From positions 3,060,001 to 3,092,000 of the forward strand of contig NC_022349.1 in NCBI RefSeq assembly GCF_000354175.2: DNA of 32,000 nucleotides. Direction: 5' to 3'. The notes under the pieces were generated by a model that saw nothing but the letters and a program-made list of their open reading frames with translations, made no database searches and was not told the origin of the DNA. Origin of the DNA: Vibrio alginolyticus NBRC 15630 = ATCC 17749. Its GTDB lineage: Bacteria > Pseudomonadota > Gammaproteobacteria > Enterobacterales > Vibrionaceae. The stretch's first letter is position 1. Every line of letters starts with the position of its first letter. The translations under genes and the position numbers were made by a program. This document shows, one piece after another, positions 1 to 8,157 of the stretch.

Positions 1-80
1 GGGATAGAACAAATCTTATCGAAAAACTGCCAAAGTGGAGCAGGTGATAAGGTACTGATCTCAGAATGGAACTCAGACAC
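1..80 (-). CDS. pepD: Aminoacyl-histidine dipeptidase PepD, 5' end only (first 26 codons; gene continues off the left edge)
   Basis: The reverse strand reads AAGGAG-N6-GTG TCT GAG TTC..., giving (M)SEFHSEISTLSPAPLWQFFDKICSIP. This matches the conserved PepD N-terminus (E. coli MSELSQLSPQPLWDIFAKICSIPHPS). It is absent from the ORF track because it is truncated. Confidence 0.8.
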   Translation of the reverse strand, partial: MSEFHSEISTLSPAPLWQFFDKICSI

Positions 81-368
81 GGAGGACTCCTTTTGATGTG
101 CTTTGCCAAATATATACCGTAAAAATATTATCAAGGTAGCATTAAATGCTAGACGATTTGGCCTTCAAATTGCCGTTAGCATACCACCAGATAAGGAGTA
201 CGAGTAGTCGCGATCACAAGGATTTCTCTCAGAACTGTCACAGTTTGTGAATACAATAACAAGCACTATGTGTTCTCTATCATATATTCTGAAAGTGGCT
301 TTATTTTTTAATTCATAAAATTGTAATTTAATTACACATAAACTTTGATAAAGGTCAATTTGTGCATT

Positions 369-390
369 TTTTGTGATTCCAATCACTAAA
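369..390. promoter_or_regulatory. CRP-like binding site (tttTGTGAttccaaTCACTaaa)
   Basis: The half-sites are TGTGA (372-376), N6, TCACT (383-387), matching 9 of 10 core positions of the CRP consensus TGTGA-N6-TCACA. The flanks are A/T-rich. No experimental support. Confidence 0.4.
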
Positions 391-394
391 ATGC

Positions 395-422
395 TTGTAA
401 TTAAATTTCTTGGTGGTATATT
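395..422 (+). promoter_or_regulatory. Sigma70-like promoter with extended -10 (TTGTAA-N16-TATATT, TGn at 414-416)
   Basis: The -35 is TTGTAA (395-400) and the -10 is TATATT (417-422), preceded by TGG (414-416) as an extended -10. The predicted TSS is near 429-430 and points toward the sORFs and the terminator at 706-733. Pattern match only. Confidence 0.3.
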
Positions 423-533
423 TGTAACCAGCTTCTGAGAGAAGAATGAAATGCTCAAAGGATGAGTCCGTTTTATCGCCTCCAAGGAACCGAGAAATCA
501 ACGAATGTTTAATTGATTTAAAAGGTGATAGTT

Positions 534-620
534 ATGAAAGGTTTACCAAGTACAATGTTCTGGAATAGCAAGTCTGTTTACACCGGTAACTTTGTATACC
601 CAACAAGCTTTGGCTACTAA
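534..620 (+). CDS. Candidate small protein, 28 aa (MKGLPSTMFWNSKSVYTGNFVYPTSFGY)
   Basis: ATG at 534 is preceded by a strong SD (AAAGGTGA at 521-528) at good spacing, and TAA lies at 618-620. It is below the ORF-track size cutoff. An intrinsic terminator follows about 85 nt downstream on the same strand. I recognise no homolog. A competing 40-codon ORF (446-568) overlaps in another frame. Confidence 0.3.
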   Translation: MKGLPSTMFWNSKSVYTGNFVYPTSFGY

Positions 621-705
621 GTGAAGTCAACGCATGTGACTCGAACAGTTTGTTCACCCCTATAAATTGGAATTTTTTTTCAGTGATAGTGCTGACATGA
701 TTCAC

Positions 706-733
706 CGCCACCCAAATTGGGTGGCGTTTTTTT
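706..733 (+). terminator. Rho-independent terminator (orphan: no annotated + strand gene upstream)
   Basis: CGCCACCC-aaatt-GGGTGGCG forms a perfect 8-9 bp GC-rich stem, followed by T7 (727-733). There is no T-tract on the opposite strand, so it is unidirectional (+). Confidence 0.75.
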
Positions 734-1044
734 ATCTCTATTTTCTCTTCCTGACTCACTTATTGCCATCAAAGCCTTCTTCTATTCCCCATTCTTCGGT
801 TTTATCGACTTTTCCATCAAATCTGTTAGATACCATGTTTAAAATGGGCCTTTTTCATCTGAAAGTTTAGTACATTGCTCAGTTTTTATTCTCTTTTAGA
901 GAACTGTGTTATCTGGGTTACCTATTGTTTTATAAGAATATATTTCTTTGCTTGCTATGATAGATTAGAGAATGTGTTTCATATCCAAAGAAAAAAAACG
1001 CATTAGAGTGAAGATTCTATCTAGAATTTGCTATTTGATAACTT

Positions 1045-1050
1045 TATAAT
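1045..1050 (+). promoter_or_regulatory. Candidate -10 hexamer (TATAAT) for the purine permease
   Basis: A perfect TATAAT lies 55 nt upstream of the permease ATG. The -35 is poor. Confidence 0.35.
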
Positions 1051-1065
1051 TCCCGCCAATCGATT

Positions 1066-1081
1066 ACGCAACCGTTTACTT
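1066..1081. promoter_or_regulatory. PurR-box-like operator (ACGCAACCGTTTACTT)
   Basis: It matches the 16-bp PurR operator consensus ACGCAAACGTTTTCNT at 14 of 16 positions. It sits between the TATAAT and the start codon of a purine transporter, next to gpt. Confidence 0.55.
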
Positions 1082-1104
1082 TTTTACCTTTACAGGATTC
1101 GATC

Positions 1105-2394
1105 ATGCTCGAGAGGCTTTTTAAACTCAGTGAAAATGGCACAAATGTGCGTACTGAGATCATTGCAGGTGTTACGACCTTCCTAACTATGGCTTACATT
1201 ATTTTTGTAAACCCAGCGATCCTGTCGGATACCGGTATGGACCGTGGCGCCATTTTTGTCGCGACTTGTCTTGCTGCCGCAATCGGCTGTTTTATCATGG
1301 GATTTGTTGCCAATTACCCAATCGCACAGGCACCAGGAATGGGCCTGAACGCATTTTTTACTTACTCTGTTGTATTGGGAATGGGTTATACGTGGCAAGT
1401 TGCGTTGGCGGCTGTATTTGTTTCTGGCCTTCTGTTCATTCTTTTAAGCGTATTTAAGATCCGTGAGTGGATTATTAACTCGATCCCGCATTCTCTACGA
1501 ACAGGTATTTCAGCTGGTATTGGTCTTTTCTTAGCGTTTATCGCATTAAAAAATGCAGGTATCGTCGTTGATAACCCAGCGACATTAGTTTCTATGGGAG
1601 AGATCACATCATTGCCATCTGTATTGGCCGCGATTGGCTTCTTTCTTACGATTGCACTGGTTCACCGTGGTGTGAAAGGTGCGGTGATGATCGCCATTCT
1701 TGGCGTTACAGCGCTTGGTCTTCTATTTGGTGATGTGCAGTGGGGCGGTATTATGTCAACGCCACCAAGCATTGCGCCAACTTTCATGCAACTGGATTTC
1801 TCTGGTTTGTTTGAAGTAGGCATGATTTCCGTCGTATTTGCTTTCCTATTTGTCGATTTATTTGACACCGCAGGTACGCTCGTTGGCGTTTCTCAAAAAG
1901 CTGGTCTAACTGATGAGAATGGCAACATCCCTCGTTTAAACAAAGCGTTACTTGCAGACTCAACAGCAACGTCAGTAGGTGCATTACTTGGTACCTCTAA
2001 CACGACATCTTATATTGAAAGCGTTTCTGGTGTAGCTGCGGGTGGGCGTACTGGTCTAACAGCCGTGGTTGTTGGTGTACTCTTCCTACTTGCTCTATTG
2101 TTCTCACCACTTGCGGGTATGATCCCTGCTTATGCAACGTCAGGTGCGCTATTCTATGTGGCGATCTTGATGCTGTCTGGGCTAGTAAGCATTGATTGGC
2201 GTGACCTAACTGAAGCGTCCCCAGTTGTTGTGACTTGTTTAGTTATGCCGCTAACATTCTCGATTGCAGAAGGTATCACGTTAGGCTTTATCGCATACGC
2301 AGCGATCAAGTTATTCAGCGGTAAGGGCCGTGAAGTGTCGATGAGTGTATGGGTGATGTCAGCCATCTTCATCGTTAAATACCTCGTCGGTTAA
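1105..2394 (+). CDS. NCS2/AzgA-family purine permease (adenine/hypoxanthine/guanine type)
   Basis: The 429-aa ORF is polytopic and hydrophobic. Its N-terminus MLERLFKLSENGTNVRTEIIAGVTTFLTMAYIIFVNP closely parallels E. coli AdeP/PurP. Substrate cannot be decided from sequence. Confidence 0.93.
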   Translation: MLERLFKLSENGTNVRTEIIAGVTTFLTMAYIIFVNPAILSDTGMDRGAIFVATCLAAAIGCFIMGFVANYPIAQAPGMGLNAFFTYSVVLGMGYTWQVALAAVFVSGLLFILLSVFKIREWIINSIPHSLRTGISAGIGLFLAFIALKNAGIVVDNPATLVSMGEITSLPSVLAAIGFFLTIALVHRGVKGAVMIAILGVTALGLLFGDVQWGGIMSTPPSIAPTFMQLDFSGLFEVGMISVVFAFLFVDLFDTAGTLVGVSQKAGLTDENGNIPRLNKALLADSTATSVGALLGTSNTTSYIESVSGVAAGGRTGLTAVVVGVLFLLALLFSPLAGMIPAYATSGALFYVAILMLSGLVSIDWRDLTEASPVVVTCLVMPLTFSIAEGITLGFIAYAAIKLFSGKGREVSMSVWVMSAIFIVKYLVG

Positions 2395-2404
2395 TTTCTC
2401 GAGC

Positions 2405-2447
2405 AAAAAGCCAGTGTGGATTTATTCACGCTGGCTTTTTCTTTTTT
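2405..2447 (+). terminator. Rho-independent terminator after the permease
   Basis: AGCCAGTGTG (2409-2418) pairs with CACGCTGGCT (2427-2436), followed by TTTTTCTTTTTT. Confidence 0.8.
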
Positions 2448-2657
2448 ACGTTGTTCACAGAAGACGGTTTTTCTGCGGAATAGGTAGAGAATTTTGATAT
2501 CACCGTTGGTATTAGCGGTGTGTTTCGGTAGAATAATCGTTTGCGCAGCTTGAAATCCTCGTCTCCAAACATTTTGGAGAAGTTAGTGAGCATTCCGCTT
2601 TTGAGTGACTTCGCTAGATTTTGAGGATGCATATTTTCAAATTATTAGGTTATTACA

Positions 2658-3122
2658 ATGAGTAAAAAATTCATTATCACTTGGGATGCAATGCAGACTT
2701 ACTGCCGTGAACTGGCTGAAAAACAAATGCCAGCTGAGCAATGGAAAGGAATTTGGGCGGTAAGCCGCGGCGGTTTGGTTCCTGGCGCTATTTTGGCTCG
2801 TGAACTTGGTATTCGTTATGTTGATACAATCTGTATTTCAAGCTACGACCATGATCATCAGCGCGATATGACGGTACTAAAAGCACCTGAAGGTGATGGC
2901 GAAGGTTACCTAATCGTTGAAGACCTAGTAGACAGTGGTGATACAGCGCGCAAACTACGTGAGATGTATCCAAAAGCGAAAATGATCGCTGTGTGTGCGA
3001 AACCATCAGGCAAAGAGCTGCTGGATGATTACGTTGTAGATATTGCTCAAGACACTTGGATCGAGCAGCCTTGGGATATGTCAATCCAGTATGCTGAGCC
3101 AGTAAACCGCAAGCAAAAATAA
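2658..3122 (+). CDS. gpt: Xanthine-guanine phosphoribosyltransferase
   Basis: The 154-aa product is colinear with E. coli Gpt ([29 protein letters not shown] motif [14 protein letters not shown]-terminal [10 protein letters not shown]). Confidence 0.97.
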   Translation: MSKKFIITWDAMQTYCRELAEKQMPAEQWKGIWAVSRGGLVPGAILARELGIRYVDTICISSYDHDHQRDMTVLKAPEGDGEGYLIVEDLVDSGDTARKLREMYPKAKMIAVCAKPSGKELLDDYVVDIAQDTWIEQPWDMSIQYAEPVNRKQK

Positions 3123-3143
3123 GCGCGGTTAAAGAATATTGAG

Positions 3144-3171
3144 AAATGCCCCTTTATAGGGGCATTTTTTT
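3144..3171 (+). terminator. Rho-independent terminator after gpt
   Basis: ATGCCCCT-ttat-AGGGGCAT hairpin followed by T7. Confidence 0.85.
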
Positions 3172-3212
3172 ATTATGATATTAAATCATGCTAATAGCCT
3201 AGGGTTCTTCCT

Positions 3213-4460
3213 ATGTCTGAAGACGTCAGTAAAAATCTTTCCGAAACTTTGTTCGTGAAACATAAGCAAGCAAAAGAAACCTCCGCGCTTACCCAGTACA
3301 TGCCGACCAGTAAAAAAATACTTGATGAACGAGAAGCGCAAGGTGATCGTGCTTGGTATCGTCATTTGCGTCGCTTGCAATGGGCTTGGCAAGGATTGTC
3401 TCCGATCGAAATGGAAGGCGTACTGTCTAAAATTGCTTCATCTTCTCACTCGCGAACCAATGATGATTGGTTAGACACTGTAATGGGTTATCACAGTGGT
3501 AACTGGACATTTGAGTGGATCAAGCTTGGTATGGATCATCAGAAGCGAGCAAATGAAATGCAAGGAGAAGAGGCAGCGGATGAACTCTTCACTGCTTCTT
3601 TGTGTTTTAGTATTGCAGGCTACCCACATTTAAAAAATGACAATTTGGCATCGCAGGCTCAAGTACTGGCAAACAAAGCGTATTCTGACGGCGCAGAAAA
3701 AACTAAGTACACCATCAAGCAAATTGAAGTGCCTTACCAAAATCGCAAAATCATCGCGAACCTCCATTTACCAAGAACGGATAAACAGTTGCCTGTGGTC
3801 ATGGTGAGCGCTGGTTTGGATACTCTACAAACCGACATGTGGCGTTTGTTCCGTAATCGTCTTGCACCGCGAGATATTGCGATGTTAACCGTAGACATGC
3901 CTTCAGTAGGGCATAGCTCTCATTGGCCCTTGACCGAGAATTCAAGTTGCCTACATCAAGCGGTATTGAATGAGCTTTACTCGCTACCTTGGGTTGATCA
4001 TCACAAAGTGGGGTTAGTTGGGTTTCGTTTTGGTGGTAATGCCATGATCAGACTCTCTTTTGTCGAGCAGGAAAAGATCAAAGCTTGTGTCGCTCTAGGC
4101 GCACCCGTACATGATATTTTTACTTCCCCTCAGAAGTTACAAAAAATGCCGAAGATGTATTTAGATCTTTTGGCTTCCCGTTTGGGGAAAAATGCGGTTG
4201 ATATTAATAGCATGGCTGGTCAGATGATGGCGTGGTCATTGAAGGTTCAGGGCTTCCTGAGCAGTCGAAAAACCAAAGTGCCTATTTTGGCTTTGAGTCT
4301 TGAAGGCGATCCAGTGTCGCCACACAGTGATAATCAACTTGTTGCTCTATTTAGCCAGTATGGTAGAGCAAAAAAAATCAGTTCCAAAACAATTACAAAA
4401 GGATATGAGCAATCCCTCGATTTAGCCATAAAGTGGCTAGAAGATGAATTATTAAGGTGA
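3213..4460 (+). CDS. frsA: Esterase FrsA (fermentation/respiration switch protein, alpha/beta hydrolase)
   Basis: The 415-aa product is colinear with E. coli FrsA (NLSETLF..., GYPHLKxDxLAxQAQ, MLTVDMPSVGxSS, GFRFGxN). It keeps the conserved gpt-frsA-crl synteny. Confidence 0.95.
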   Translation: MSEDVSKNLSETLFVKHKQAKETSALTQYMPTSKKILDEREAQGDRAWYRHLRRLQWAWQGLSPIEMEGVLSKIASSSHSRTNDDWLDTVMGYHSGNWTFEWIKLGMDHQKRANEMQGEEAADELFTASLCFSIAGYPHLKNDNLASQAQVLANKAYSDGAEKTKYTIKQIEVPYQNRKIIANLHLPRTDKQLPVVMVSAGLDTLQTDMWRLFRNRLAPRDIAMLTVDMPSVGHSSHWPLTENSSCLHQAVLNELYSLPWVDHHKVGLVGFRFGGNAMIRLSFVEQEKIKACVALGAPVHDIFTSPQKLQKMPKMYLDLLASRLGKNAVDINSMAGQMMAWSLKVQGFLSSRKTKVPILALSLEGDPVSPHSDNQLVALFSQYGRAKKISSKTITKGYEQSLDLAIKWLEDELLR

Positions 4461-4575
4461 CAATTCTCCTAAATTAGTTAAGAGTGATATATCTGAGCAA
4501 AAAACAAGCTCATGATAATTAAAAATAATAATCATTCTTGGGTGTTTACTTTTAACTATGAAAACGGAGATTCAT

Positions 4576-4965
4576 ATGTCAGAGACGACTCAGGGCCCGA
4601 CTCACTTTCGCTTGATGTCAAAGTTGAAGGCGATAGGGCCTTACCTGCGCGAACCACAATCGCAAGAAGGGCGCTATTATTTTGATTGTTTATCTGTATG
4701 TGTAGACGACAAAAAATCGCCTGAGAAGCGTGAATTTTGGGGCTGGTGGATGGATTTGGAATCCATCGAGGGAGGCTTTACTGCTAAATATCATATTGGC
4801 AAGTACAACAAAGAAGGGCAATGGGTATCTGAAGCCCTTCCCAAAAAAGTGGTAGAGGAAGTGTATCTCACGCAGAGCACATTCCATCAAAAGCTGGTTG
4901 ATACTTTAGAAGAACACTTCAAATTAGAAGTCGAATATCACACGGAGTCTTTCGATTTCGCTTAA
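4576..4965 (+). CDS. crl: Sigma-S-binding protein Crl
   Basis: Contains the Crl signature [10 protein letters not shown]...YFDCLSVCV...[12 protein letters not shown] prefer ATG 4576 (GGAGA SD at 4566-4570) over the track start at 4558. Confidence 0.93.
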   Translation: MSETTQGPTHFRLMSKLKAIGPYLREPQSQEGRYYFDCLSVCVDDKKSPEKREFWGWWMDLESIEGGFTAKYHIGKYNKEGQWVSEALPKKVVEEVYLTQSTFHQKLVDTLEEHFKLEVEYHTESFDFA

Positions 4966-4993
4966 TTTGGTTGTTTTCATTTAATACCAAACA

Positions 4994-5022
4994 AAAAGGT
5001 GCGAAAACGCACCTTTTCTCTT
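4994..5022 (+). terminator. Rho-independent terminator after crl
   Basis: AAGGTGCG-aaaa-CGCACCTT hairpin followed by TTTTCTCTT. Confidence 0.8.
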
Positions 5023-5086
5023 GTTAATTCCCTATTTGATTGTTAAAACATCCTCTCTTTATTTGTTTTTCACTTCAGAAGACATC

Positions 5087-6226
5087 ATGACAACGAATCA
5101 ACAAAATGCAGTTGTTTCACAACCACAAACTGTCGTTGTGAAACTGGGTACAAGTGTGCTGACAGGCGGCACTCTGGCACTCGACCGTGCACACATGGTT
5201 GAGTTAGCACGCCAGTGTGCTGAGCTTAAAAAACAAGGCCATTCAATCGTAATGGTTTCGTCTGGTGCGATTGCAGCAGGCCGTGAGCATCTTGGTTACC
5301 CCGCATTGCCCAACGAGATGGCGAGTAAGCAGTTACTTGCCGCGGTGGGGCAGAGTCGCTTGATTCAAACATGGGAGTCTTTGTTTGGTATTTATGGTAT
5401 CAAGATCGGCCAAATGCTACTAACCCGTGCCGATTTAGAAGATCGTGAGCGATTCCTTAACGCGCGTGACACTATTAATGCGCTCGTTGCGAACGATATT
5501 GTTCCTATCGTAAACGAAAATGATGCCGTTGCGACTAGCGAGATTAAAGTTGGCGATAACGACAACCTTTCCGCTTTGGTAGGCATTTTATGTGGTGCAG
5601 ATAAGCTCTTGCTTTTAACGGACCAAAAAGGTCTGTTTACTGCTGACCCTCGTAGAGATCCGAACGCAGAGCTTATCAAGGAAGTAAAAACCATCGACGA
5701 TACGCTGCGTAAAATCGCAGGTGGAAGCGGTACAACATTGGGTACTGGTGGTATGGCAACGAAGCTGCAAGCCGCAGACATCGCTCGCCGCGCAGGTATA
5801 GAGGTTATTATTGCTGCTGGTAGTGCGCCGAATGTTATCTTTGACTCTTTAAGTGCTGAACCTCAGGGCACGCGCTTCCTACCTTGCGCTGAAGCCTTAG
5901 AGAACCGTAAACGCTGGATTCTAGCGGGACCTGCGGCATCGGGCGACATCATTATTGATGATGGTGCAGTCAATGCTGTGGTCGGCAAGGGCAGTAGCCT
6001 ACTTGCTAAAGGGGTCATCAAAGTTAGTGGTGACTTCGCACGAGGCGAAGTGGCGCGTGTAACAAACGCTCACGGTAAGTTGGTGGCTCGTGGCATCAGC
6101 GCCTACTCAAGTGATGACCTAACTAAAATTACGGGTAAGCACAGTAAAGATATCATCTCTATTTTGGGTCATGATTATGGCTCTGAGGTGATTCACCGCG
6201 ATGATTTGGTCGTCATTCAGGAATAG
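5087..6226 (+). CDS. proB: Glutamate 5-kinase
   Basis: Contains [22 protein letters not shown] and NENDAV motifs plus a C-terminal PUA-type domain. The true start is probably ATG 5087 (MTTNQQ...). The 22 extra N-terminal codons in the track run through the crl terminator tail. Confidence 0.96.
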   Translation: MTTNQQNAVVSQPQTVVVKLGTSVLTGGTLALDRAHMVELARQCAELKKQGHSIVMVSSGAIAAGREHLGYPALPNEMASKQLLAAVGQSRLIQTWESLFGIYGIKIGQMLLTRADLEDRERFLNARDTINALVANDIVPIVNENDAVATSEIKVGDNDNLSALVGILCGADKLLLLTDQKGLFTADPRRDPNAELIKEVKTIDDTLRKIAGGSGTTLGTGGMATKLQAADIARRAGIEVIIAAGSAPNVIFDSLSAEPQGTRFLPCAEALENRKRWILAGPAASGDIIIDDGAVNAVVGKGSSLLAKGVIKVSGDFARGEVARVTNAHGKLVARGISAYSSDDLTKITGKHSKDIISILGHDYGSEVIHRDDLVVIQE

Positions 6227-6243
6227 AATTAGAGGGAAGCAAA

Positions 6244-7494
6244 GTGGATTTAACGAATATGGGTAAAGCTGCTAAAGATGCAGCTTTCGAATTAGCGACA
6301 GCGTCAACTGCGCAAAAAAACCAAGCATTAGCCATCATTGCTGATGAGCTAGAAGCAAACTCTGCTGCTATTTTGGCGGCAAACGCTAAAGACATCGAAC
6401 TTGGCCGTGAAGCGGGTTTAACCGATGCGCTGCTCGATCGCCTTTTGCTTAATGAAGAACGATTGACTGCAATTGCGAATGATGTTCGCAACGTCATTAG
6501 CTTGAACGATCCTGTAGGCAGCGAAATAGACAGTAAGGTACTGGAAAATGGGATGTCACTGTCTCGTCGTCGCGTGCCGCTTGGTGTCGTGGGCGTAATT
6601 TATGAAGCGCGTCCAAACGTAACCATTGATATCGCAGCGTTGTGCTTGAAAACCGGCAACGCAAGCATTTTACGTGGTGGCAAAGAGACCTTTTTCTCGA
6701 ATATGGAATTAGTGAAGGTTATTCAGTCTGCGCTCGCAAAGGCGAACCTTCCAGCCGCTTCTGTGCAGTACATTGAAAAACCAGATCGTGAGCTTGTTTC
6801 TCAATTGCTTAAGTTGGACGATTACGTCGACATGATCATTCCACGCGGTGGTGCTGGCCTACACAAAATGTGTAAAGAAAACAGCACGATTCCGGTGATT
6901 ATTGGTGGCTTTGGTATCAGCCATATCTTTGTCGACGAATCCGCTGATCTAGAGAAATCCCTGAATGTGGTTGAGAACTCTAAAGTTCAACGTCCATCTG
7001 CGTGTAACTCATTAGATACGCTGCTCGTGCATGAAAAAATTGCAGTGCAATTCCTACCAATGATCGTAGAGCGCATGAACGATAAAGTGACCTTCGTGAC
7101 AGAGCCTAAGGCAAAAGTACTGATGCCTCAAGCAACACAAATTCGCGATGCTGTTGAAGGTGACTTTGATACGGAATGGTTGAGCTACACTCTTGGTGTA
7201 AAAGTTGTGTCTGATGTGAAAGATGCCATTGATCATATGCGTGTCCATAACGCGAGCCACTCAGATGCGATCATGACCAATAGCTTGGAAAACTCAGAGC
7301 TGTTCATCAATTCTGTCGGTTCGGCGGCGGTTTATGTGAATGCTTCAACGCGCTTTACAGACGGTGCGCAATTTGGCCTTGGCGCAGAAGTCGCAGTATC
7401 TACGCAAAAGCTACATGCACGCGGTCCGATGGGCTTAGAAGAGCTAACTAGCTACAAGTGGGTTGGTAAAGCGAACTACTTAGCACGCAGTTAA
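6244..7494 (+). CDS. proA: Gamma-glutamyl phosphate reductase
   Basis: The 416-aa product is colinear with E. coli ProA ([20 protein letters not shown], catalytic region [31 protein letters not shown]). It has a GTG start with a GAGGGA SD. Confidence 0.97.
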   Translation: MDLTNMGKAAKDAAFELATASTAQKNQALAIIADELEANSAAILAANAKDIELGREAGLTDALLDRLLLNEERLTAIANDVRNVISLNDPVGSEIDSKVLENGMSLSRRRVPLGVVGVIYEARPNVTIDIAALCLKTGNASILRGGKETFFSNMELVKVIQSALAKANLPAASVQYIEKPDRELVSQLLKLDDYVDMIIPRGGAGLHKMCKENSTIPVIIGGFGISHIFVDESADLEKSLNVVENSKVQRPSACNSLDTLLVHEKIAVQFLPMIVERMNDKVTFVTEPKAKVLMPQATQIRDAVEGDFDTEWLSYTLGVKVVSDVKDAIDHMRVHNASHSDAIMTNSLENSELFINSVGSAAVYVNASTRFTDGAQFGLGAEVAVSTQKLHARGPMGLEELTSYKWVGKANYLARS

Positions 7495-7517
7495 CACATT
7501 CGACGAGATCTTGAGTG

Positions 7518-7548
7518 AAAAAGGGGCCTTTGCGCCCCTTTTTGTTTT
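7518..7548 (+). terminator. Rho-independent terminator after proA
   Basis: AAAAAGGGGC-ctttgc-GCCCCTTTTTGTTTT. Confidence 0.8.
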
Positions 7549-7700
7549 GTCTAACATACCAATTCCGCTACACTACATGAGCTTTTATTTCGGTTTGAAA
7601 GCGTTATACCCAAATAGCTTTAATAGAGTCCGTATAACCATGAACGCGTGGTTATCCGTGATTGCTCATGAGGTTATTTTGGTATAGATATGGAGGTGAT

Positions 7701-8150
7701 ATGCATTGTCCTTTTTGTTCCGAGAACGATACCAAAGTTATTGATTCCCGCTTAGTGGCTGATGGCCATCAAGTTCGACGTCGCCGTCAGTGCTTGGCGT
7801 GTAGCGAGCGTTTCACTACGTTTGAAAGCGCAGAGTTAGTGATGCCTAAAGTGATCAAATCGAATGGCAACCGTGAACCATTTGATGAAGATAAAATGGT
7901 TGGCGGTATTCAACGCGCTTTAGAGAAACGCCCAGTGAGTGCCGATTCTATAGAGTTAGCGATCAGTATGATCAAATCACAACTGCGTGCGACGGGTGAG
8001 CGAGAGGTTCCGAGTGAAATGATTGGTAATTTAGTCATGGACCAGCTCAAAGAGCTCGATAAGGTGGCTTACATTCGTTTCGCTTCCGTTTACCGCAGCT
8101 TTGAAGATATTCGCGAGTTTGGCGAAGAGATTGCCCGCCTAGAAGACTGA
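7701..8150 (+). CDS. nrdR: Transcriptional repressor NrdR (zinc ribbon + ATP-cone)
   Basis: [17 protein letters not shown]...[12 protein letters not shown] is the NrdR zinc ribbon. The product is 149 aa from ATG 7701 (GGAGG SD). The TTG start at 7662 in the track is an artefactual extension. Confidence 0.96.
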   Translation: MHCPFCSENDTKVIDSRLVADGHQVRRRRQCLACSERFTTFESAELVMPKVIKSNGNREPFDEDKMVGGIQRALEKRPVSADSIELAISMIKSQLRATGEREVPSEMIGNLVMDQLKELDKVAYIRFASVYRSFEDIREFGEEIARLED

Positions 8151-8157
8151 GTAGCTC

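Noticed and set aside
165-485. 106-aa minus-strand ORF in the AT-rich gap (MEAIKRTHPL...)
   Set aside because: It depends on a TTG start with no SD and contains no internal ATG until the last 7 codons. Its I/K/N/L-rich composition is what AT-rich DNA yields by chance, and I recognise no motif. A plausible opposite-strand promoter and a CRP-like site sit inside it. It remains a possibility within the AT-rich-gap finding but is not called as a gene.
532-870. Track ORFs 532-759 (-) 75 aa and 667-870 (+) 67 aa
   Set aside because: Both read straight through the 706-733 terminator hairpin; the HPIWVA / HPNWVA stretches are the stem translated on each strand. Both lack SD sequences.
871-1104. Purine (guanine/adenine) riboswitch in the permease leader
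   Set aside because: There is no three-way-junction signature (no conserved loop-loop motifs, no U/C discriminator context). The PurR-box match explains the regulation more simply.
5021-5086. N-terminal extensions in track calls (proB 5021, crl 4558, nrdR 7662, ribH 11256, rlmM 23043, pomB 18109, IS orfA 25511)
   Set aside because: In each case a downstream start reproduces the canonical N-terminus and length of the family and has a better SD. The extensions also run through terminators, intergenic DNA or the preceding gene.
5392-6497. Antisense ORFs 5392-5781 (129 aa) and 6213-6497 (94 aa) opposite proB/proA
   Set aside because: Ser/Ala/Arg-rich shadow frames lie entirely within strongly supported genes, with no independent start signals. 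The same reasoning applies to the other short antisense or off-frame ORFs inside the permease, gpt, ribD, ribE, ribBX, dxs, ispA, thiI, ppnN, the cyclase (28195-28476) and the TPR gene (30324-30662).
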